From: Penicillus capitatus
Taxonomy: Eukaryota > Plantae > Chlorophyta
Assembly (NCBI GenBank): GCA_965649825.1
Contig: OZ287701.1
Coordinates: 1,291,101 to 1,355,100, forward strand
Direction: 5' to 3'
DNA: 64,000 bases
Position 1 is the stretch's first letter. Every line of letters starts with the position of its first letter. Made by a program: the position numbers and the translations under genes. The notes below the pieces were generated by a model. That model was not told where the DNA came from, did no database searches, and saw only the letters and a list, made by a program, of their open reading frames with translations. Positions 55,595-64,000 of this stretch are shown piece by piece.

Positions 55595-58500
55595 TCATTG
55601 TTTACAGATCGCCAAAGATGCGTCGTCTGTTTGGAGTTTTTCACAGAGACGTTTGCCAAATCGAAGGACGCGAGGATGGGTGGAGGATCCCACTTTCTGT
55701 AAGAGCACATGGACATCGTTCTGCACCATCTCTTGTTTTAGCACTGGACAGGCACAGAAGTTGCCTAGAGCGAAGAGCGCCGCCTGAGCAGCGGCAGATT
55801 CTGGTTGGTGTTGGCTGTCCTCGAGGATGCGATCCATGAGAACAGACACGGCGCCTGACTGCTGTAGAGACGTGTACAGCTGGCTTGTGTGTCGGACGAG
55901 ATTGCCCAGCACACTGGCAGCATTGGCTCGGCTGCGGTCGTCTGATTCGGTTTGGATGAGACGGAGGCAGACAGGGATGACTGCTTCGAAATCTCGGCAC
56001 AGGGTGTCATCGTGGAAAACCGCATTGCCTATGTGCACAGAGGTGAAGCCCCTGATACAGATCATCGAGATAGGGTCTGACCAATGGCAAAACAGGCGAA
56101 TCTCCGTGTGCCGCTGTCGGCATCTTTAAGGCACAGCAAGAGATGCTCTGGAATGCTGTGCTGGATCAGATCTTGGTAGAAGAGATTGGAATGGCGACAG
56201 AGATTGCCAATGAGGCATGCAGTCTTGGAACGGATGGTATGTGATGGGTGCTCGAACAGTGGCTTCAGTAGAGTGAGGATGTCGGCTTCTTTCAGCAAGG
56301 CAGTGGATTCAGGAAATCGCTTAGTGATGTGTGACAGCGTGCAGATCCATGTCTCTGTCACAAACTCGGTGGCCGATGCTGAGAAGGCGTTCTGGAAAAA
56401 GAGAGCGAGAGCTGACGATAGTAGTGGGGGAGATTTGTGGAGTGCACCTCTTGGAGGAAGTCTCTGCAGAGACCGCCGTTTTGCACAAACTGCCGAAAGA
56501 GTGTTGCATCTGCCGAGATGAGACGGGAAAGAATATAGACAGGCAGATTCCAATCAGCAGCATCGAGCCGACGGATTAAATCCATCAATATCCGCACAGC
56601 ACATGCCTCGCCCATTGCCTGCATCCAGATAAACCCCTTTCAATACGCAAAGAAAGAGTGAGAGGGCAAGACAGACATAGATCAGCTGTCCTGGACCATC
56701 TGGATCGGATGTGTTTGCCAGTGTCATATGCAGAAGGGAGCAGATGCGCAACTGGATCCTTTAACAGATGGCTGAATCGGTGCAGACGTATGTCTGCTGT
56801 ACTTGGTTCTCTTAGGATGCGCCACGTCTTTCGCGTTAAACTGGGAGACGATGTTCATCAAGGCATGCACGATCTCTGCGTTGACGTGGAGCGTCTGATT
56901 CTTGTACCTCTACAGGACAAGCGCTCTCGAATGGGTGTTATCAGCGTGGATAGCATTGGCATACGTTGGATGTGTAGTGCCCGAGTGCGATAAAGACGTC
57001 CAGAAGTGCAAGAAGACTTTTGACAAAAGGAAGAGGCGATGGCTGTACGGCAATGCTGAGGATATGATTTCTGGCTGCCTTGAATGTCAACTTCTGGCCC
57101 ATTTCTCCATAAATCTCCTGCAGGGAGAGATGCGGACTTTGGCACAGTACAGCCAGCAGCAGGAAGCCACCAGATTGCAACCTCGATGCATACAGATCGC
57201 TATTTCTCGAACGATGCATGCGCACACCTCAGACGTCGATGCTCAGAGGGATCTCCATGGCTCTCAGACGAGAGGTGATGAATTGCCACGACCGTTGCTT
57301 CGAGCGTCGCTCGGTAGAATATCTGCTCTTCGTTTTCATTCGAACTGACATTGTCCTGCTTTTCTGTCAGAGGAGATGTGCTCTGCTGCGTTGACAAGAA
57401 GGCGTGCAGACAGAAGGCGCTGGCTGATAAGACATCATGTGTGGCATCCTTTCTGTGCAAGACAGGTAACAGATGCCTCTGAAGCAGACAGACCATGCCG
57501 TTTGGCACATCGCGACGGACACAGCTATAGAAGAGACACGCAGCAAGAGAGTATGCAACACACTGAGAGGGATGCTCTCTGTAACGAAGCAGAAGAGGGA
57601 GTGCATCTGTTCTGATCGAAGAGATGGAGGATGGGCAACTTAGACAGCACTGCAGGAGCACCTGCAGATCACATAGGAATATGTCCCCATTCACATCTTA
57701 GGCATACCTCGACAGTAGCTGGCTGCTGTTGGCCGAGGTCATCCAGCAAAGCCTCTTTGATTGCCTCTTGTCCGACACACGCGACCACTTCTTGCACGAG
57801 AGGGCAGTCGTCTTCGAGCAGCGTGCAAGGATGGCCGAGGACAGCCATGTGTTCTGGCAGTGATTCTGGTGATCGGGAGGAATTGCTCATAGAGAGATAG
57901 GCACGAAAGAGCAGAGAGATATCCCGAATACCGCACATGATCTGCTCTCCTCCGCTACATACAAGCTCCAGAAGCCGATGACGACTCATGCACCTTGATG
58001 TATGAGATCTCCATTCTCTCTCAGTTGATGGAGCAGCTTTCATGACATCAAAGAGCTCTCGGAGCAGAATGGCCAGAATGCTGGAAAGGTGTGAAGGCTG
58101 CGCAGCCAGATCTCTGCACCTGAGTATGAGATCATGTGTCAGCTCTATGCAGCGACACGTCCAGCGCTTGAAGGACGCTACGTTTTCGAGCAAGACGTCA
58201 CATCAGTGCTTGGGCCATCCGTGTCTGTCCTTACTGGAGGCAGCATCGTAGAGGAGAGCGGCATCGTTCGGAACAGCATTCAGTCTCATTACAGCTCGGA
58301 TAAGCGAATGAAAGAATTCGAGTCGCTTGTCCTCCGGCTGGGTTCGGGAGATGACGTGGGCACACCATTTGAAAACATCTTTGGTCTTTTCAGACCGAGA
58401 CTCAAATCGATGCTTCCCGCGGCAACGGCAGAGGTCCTCCAGATGCTGGACGATACCTTGGACAATACGTGCATCCAAACACACCTCTGCAAACACGAAA

Positions 58501-59641
58501 GATAGATGCTGGGCGCCAAAAAGACAAAAAAAAACACCTCGGATATCCGTCTTGCTGCCAGAGTCATGCTTCCATGCTTCTATGAGCAGGGCCACATCGT
58601 TGCCGTTACGTTTTCCGCCATCCATCAATCGATTTTGCACTGGCAGGGTCTTCCGATCCAATACCTGACACACACGCCAAGCAGTCTATTGAATTTTCTG
58701 TCGTGTTTTCGCACATCGGCGTCCAGATGTCTTGTCAAGAAAGGATGGTTCAGCACGGCAGGGTAATCCAACCTCCTCTGCGGCGTCTTTTGCAGCAAGC
58801 CAATGAGAAAAGATTTGAACACGGCCGACATCTTCTCTGGAAACCTCACATCGCCATACATAATATTGCGGACCAGTCCAAGCATTGTCTTCGATTGAAA
58901 TGGCGGCTGTCCAACAGACAACTCAAAGAGAATCACTCCCAGTGACCACAGATCCACCTGTACAACCTATTAAGAGAGAACGACCCCGTCTCTCTGTCAT
59001 CACCGAATGATGATAGGGTCTTTCTTGAAGCAGTTCTGGCGCCATGTACAGCGGCGTGCCTTTGATCGATGTTACTACCACTGTACTTGACGAGACCGCC
59101 CGAGCGAAACCAAAATCGCAGAGCTTTACCACGCCATGAGAGCAGACCAAGATGTTCTGCGGCTTCAGGTCTCGATGAACGATCCGTTTGCCGTGAAGAT
59201 AATGCAGAGCCGAGAGCATTTGGCGGGCAATGCTCTGGACGAGCACTTCCGGAAAGTTCCCATCCACATGCAGCATTTCCAGCAGCTCGCCGTATGCGAA
59301 CTCTGCACAGGCGTTTCCGTGAGGAGCTGACAATGTGTGACCCCGATCTCACACACCGGTCACCACACAGACCTCTCCATCGGTCTCGAAACTGTCCAGC
59401 AGCTGGATCACATGTGGATGCTTCAACCTCCGCAGAATCTCGATCTCGCGCTTCAGAGACGTCACGTCATCGGATGTCCTTCCCTCCTTCGACAAGAACT
59501 TCAATGCCACGATGCGACCCGTCCCCGAACAGCGCCCCTTGAAGACCTAAACACCCACCGCCGTCTTCCATCCCTCCTTCTCGTCCTCACCGTCCCGTAC
59601 GATCCCTCGCCGACGCGCTCGAGCAGACGGTAGCGCTCCAT
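55595..59641 (-). CDS. TIO: Fused/TIO (STK36-like) Ser/Thr kinase with C-terminal ARM/HEAT region, multi-exon
   Basis: [62 protein letters not shown]-terminal [34 protein letters not shown] typical of Fused. Confidence 0.93.
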
Positions 59642-62600
59642 GCAGACGATCGATCGTCGTCGTCGAAACGTCACATCAGCTCACATCGCGGAGAGTTCGG
59701 TAGCGTCCTGGCAATGCCGCGCAGTCATCGACCGGAGGACGTCCCTTCGAACCAGCCGACCATCGCAGCTCTCCTCCAACACTCTCCGCCTCCGCTCCAG
59801 CGGCTCCTGCACGACGCCTTCCGCGGTGTTCGCCAAATCGGGAACTTCTGCACCGAGCGGATCCTGAAACACCGCCCCCGTTGTTTCGCCTCCTCCTGGA
59901 CGGACGTCCCTTCAGAAGAAAGTGTCAGCAACGACACTTCCGCGTCAGAGATGTGCATTTCTCGAGCCTGAGCGTCGGAGATTTCGATCTGGGAGATTTA
60001 AAGGAGTCCCTCAGTCGCATTCAGCTTCCTTTCTGGGTCGACATCTCCTCCCCCGGCCACCCAGACAAGAAACGACTCATGACTGTCCACGACTTCTTCA
60101 AGTACACGGAGAAACAAAGCAGAAGAGACGCTCAGCTACGGACACGGCATTGCATGAGATGCAGGTAAGACGTTCTTCGAGAGTTTGGATCGCGATTCTG
60201 AACGGTGGTAACATTGGATGACATGCTGCCTGTTGTTGTTTTGCTGTGCTAACTCAATTTCAGCTTACTAAGCTTAGATCTCGCTCGTGTGCTGAGATGT
60301 CTGTGTCTTCCTCGATGCCTGCATCTGTGACTCGGATCAGCTCTTCTGCAGGACGCGTCAGTCGAATCAATCGACCGATTCGCATTTAACGTTAACGACA
60401 ACGTCGACGGTATCTTTCGCCACTGCGAACTTTCCTGCGAACTTTTTGCGACGGTAAGTGCACTTGTCCGCTTCGCCGAACGACGGGCGAAGACGTTTTG
60501 TCCTGTAGACCACAAGCGAAAACATGCAAGCTCGTGCTCCTGACGAAGGACCCAGTGGCGCTCGGCCATCCGCGTCGGAAACTGACGGTCAGCTCACAAC
60601 CCAAGATGTCCAGACCGAAGAACGTCACGAACGAATCCTTCTGCGCGCTGTCGTGAGGAGGTGCAACATCGACAGCACCAAGTCGTTGGTCGCGGCGTAC
60701 AACGCGGCCACGGACGAAGACGAACGCGCAGTCCTCCTCGGATGGCTGTGCAAGTATCACGAACGAAGGGAAGATAGTCTCGCGCCGAAGGCTGTGCTCG
60801 AGTATGCAGAACTGGTCAACATCGCCCCAAGCTCCGAAAACGAGAAAGCCATTATGCAAAATCTGATTTACGACCTTTGTTCCTCCATATCCGAAGGAGA
60901 ATTCCTGAAACCGAACTTCGCCGCCGCCCTCCACAGGGCACTTGTGCACATCGATCCATCTGTGTACGGTGGCGCCGAGCAGCTGATAGTTGTAGCAAAG
61001 AAGCTTTTGGGAAGTCTATCTGCGACACCGATCCTTAACAGAGAGAACTTCTCGGAGCACAAATGGACCTTTCTCACACTTCAACAAACGTTTTTTCTGC
61101 TTAATGCCGTCAATCAAAACGAGATCCGCAAAGAAGAGAAGCGAGCGTTGAGTAGAACCATTGCAGAGAAAGAGAGAACCATGAAACTCTCCTGCGAGTT
61201 GTACTCTGTGGACATGCATTTCCGAGTTCTTCGTCAAGCAGTCAAACGCCTTAAAGGCGACACTACTCCACGAATAGTTTCACGAACAAAACAATATGTC
61301 GTTCGTGGACTCGTGCGTGTTTTTCATCCTCTTAGAAATCGGGCAAGGGGCGACATCGATCCGACGGCCCTTGGGGATTCAAGCGAAAGAAACCAGGTCT
61401 CCGTTATCGAAATGTCGAAAATGTCGAAGAGACCTTGGTTCGACTCGCTATGGGATCTGATGGCGGCAAGGCTGAAAGCGACGAAGAACGAAATTAACCT
61501 TGCTGCCTTCGAGTCCGCGTACAGTAGCGCAATAGAGAATCAACGAAAGATAGAAAACGGCGAAGAGTTGAAGGCGCTGAGATTTGGAATCATTGACGAG
61601 TTGGGCATGCTAGCCATCGAAGGATCGTCGGAGAGCACTCGCAGAGAAGCAGCGATCATGTTGTCGGATCTGGCAACGCAGCAAGCCGTCGGCGAAGGAT
61701 GGATCGACGATGACGACATCTTGATCGCACTCTTGGATGTCACATACGACGTGCATATGAGTGGCCAAGGCAACGAAACGATCAAGGAAGCACTCGAAGC
61801 CTTACATCGAGCTTGCGAGGGATCTTCCAGAGACGCGCTCGTGGAATGGTTGGACGGAAACAGCCTAGAAGACAAGCTTCGAGCTGGAAGTTTACAGGGG
61901 ATCGTGCCGGAACACGAAGAATTGTTGACTCAGATTGGCAGAGACGTGGGGTACGTTCCACTAGCTGTCATGAATGCACAAGAAGAAGAGTTGAGGCAGA
62001 GATACTTGCACGATGACTTTGCGACGGTATCGCAACGAGAAGCACATCCAAGTCGATAAGGGTGTTTTGTTCCTGCAGGTGACTCCTTTGACCGAAGAAG
62101 GATCTCTCAAACACGTCAAGGACATGAAGCACCACGTCGTACTCTCTGGCGAAATCGTAGAAGTGCGGGGGACCGAACCGAGAGATGGATCAGAAGGAGC
62201 TGTCCAAGGAGTGGGAGAAAGGAAGGGAGAATCTTCAAACCGCGGAGGGAACCAAGCGAAGGAATACTGCGAGGAGAAGACAAGAGTCAAGAACCCTATT
62301 GCTCTGGACGACCTGTTCAAACGAAGAGCTCTCAAACCCGGAGACCCGGAAAGCGAAGTCCAGAGGGTGCTTCTCTGCGGAAACCCCGGCTCGGGAAAGA
62401 CGTGCGTCGCAAGAGTCATTGCACACAGATGGGCAATGGGAGAAATGGCACAGGATTTCAACGCCGTTTACGCTGTGCCGGCGAGTCATCTCAACGGTGC
62501 AGGGCACAACGGACAGAAGTGGACAAGACTCGAAGAAGCTGTATCGCAGATGTGCTTCCCCGAAAGCAAGCACACTTCTGACTTCGAAGACCTAGTCGCT

Positions 62601-64000
62601 CGAGTGGAACTCGATCTCGACGACCCTTCGACTCTGCTCATTTTCGATGGATTGGAAGAGGCGGATGACCATGCGATCGACTTCTTGTCCACCATATGGG
62701 AGCGATCCTGCAAGGTGCTGCTTCTTTCTCGTCCGTACAACACGAGAGACGTGGAAACACGCGTCGATATCCAAGTGGAGTGTCTCGGATTTGACGATCA
62801 GCAGTTGAGAGACTACATAAAGGGCGAAATGTCCGAAGACGAGGCTCCGAGGCTCATCCACTTTCTCGAAGACTCTAGTGCTTTGTGGGAGATGGCGCAC
62901 ATTCCAATGATAGCAAACATTCTCTGTTCCTTGTCGAAGAAGCACGGAACCGCAACGGAGGAACGAGGAAAGAGAGCGAGCATGTTCAAAATATACAACG
63001 ACATAACGCACTTTGTCTGGAAAAGATTTGAAGAAAAGCCAACGACAGAAAACATACACGATTCGGAGCTCTTCAGAGATGTGGAGAAGATAGCCTTTGA
63101 ATCGCTCCTTAAGAAACGAATTGTCGTCCAAGGAACATTTGTTATGCAACACGCAACGTCCAAGAATGCAACTCGAATTCTCGAAGACACTGGACTCCTC
63201 TTGCCCGTGTCGGAGGGCCAAGAGTATCAGTTCCCTTACCTATCGTTTCATAAGTATTTTGCCTCAAGATACATCGCAAAAACCCTAAGAACACAAGGAT
63301 CGGACGAGGGAAGAGTGCTGGAGTTCATTCGACAAGAAAAATACAATCGAAAGCATGCATTGACACTTTCCTTCGCTATGAACTCCTTAGCACAAGGGAG
63401 AAGCAAGTCTGCAATGCAAGAGATGCTTTCACTTGTCGACGAAGCACCCATCGAAGTTCTGGGGATACAGCACTTTTTCCTTAGGATGCGAGTACTCGAG
63501 GCAACACTGGAAGAGACAGATGAAGACGATCTGGAAGAACTTTTGAACGACAGACAAGTGGTCAGACTCGTAAAAAGTGCCCGTCATCTGCTCGAGCGCA
63601 CTATAGACGATCTTCCGATTCGCAAGATCGTTGTCCAAGAGTTTCAACAATTGTCTCGCGTCTTGGAAGCATTTCCTCAAATACTCAATGAAACCATCGA
63701 AGAAATAAAAAAGACGCTGGCGAGCGTGCATCAGTTAACACGAGAAGAAATGGCCAAAATCACAGATCTCTTAAAGCTCGCAAGTCACCATCCGAAGCAG
63801 AGTGAAACGATAATTCAATTCGTATTGCAAAAAGTGGGAGAACCCGATGGTTGGCGCACTCCAAAGCAGTGCATGGAAAGGTTAAGTGTCATCGCAGAAC
63901 AACTGCCTCAACATGCCGGCGAAGTTCTGCCGACTATGGCTAAGGGGTGCGGCGACGGAGACAAGGACGTGTGTCGAGCGGCAATGACTGCACTTGGGAA
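59310..64000 (+). repeat. Arm B of inverted segmental duplication (continues past the window)
   Basis: Colinear reverse-complement match to 46515-46197 plus 39383-34990, roughly 90% identity by eye. Confidence 0.92.
59714..64000 (+). CDS. NLR-like NACHT-HEAT protein copy B, runs off the right edge
   Basis: Exons 59714-60164, 60264-60288, 60352-60453, 60509-62026, 62079 onward. Walker A GNPGSGKT, Walker B LLIFDGLEE; the first HEAT repeat starts at the window end. 1-nt deletion in a C-run near 59876. Confidence 0.9.

Noticed and set aside
1-64000. tRNA, rRNA, snRNA genes and telomeric repeats
   Set aside because: No cloverleaf, rRNA-like or telomeric signature recognised by eye; tRNAscan-SE/Infernal would be needed to exclude them.

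Overview
Gene-dense eukaryotic nuclear DNA of a green alga. A chlorophyte is inferred from FKBP20-2, plant-type CCR4, green-lineage NBP35 lacking CPxC, and RPB1 Zn-site variants. The genetic code is standard and introns are mostly about 40-65 nt. Host genes: two paralogous secreted 8-Cys-domain proteins, a DUF789 protein, CCR4, DDB1, a furin-like Cys-repeat membrane protein, FKBP20-2, NBP35, a PfkB kinase, RPB1 and Fused/TIO kinase. Accessory content: a decayed LINE (about 23.6-29.1 kb), a LINE endonuclease relic (about 46.8-47.3 kb), and an inverted segmental duplication giving two NLR-like NACHT-HEAT genes. Copy A (30433-39295, minus) has about 40 HEAT repeats, about 33 of them near-identical. 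Copy B runs from 59714 off the right edge. A very young Ty3/gypsy element (39384-46196, minus; identical 307-bp LTRs, CCGT target duplication) sits in the duplicated Fused exon 1. The most unusual object is its ORF1, which reads: signal peptide, an apparently catalytically dead ClpB/Torsin-like AAA+ domain keeping the Arg finger, an env-like heptad/W-rich/TM region, Gag, then protease. It joins pol by an A_AAA_AAC -1 frameshift. All domain calls are by-eye motif recognition; no database search was run.
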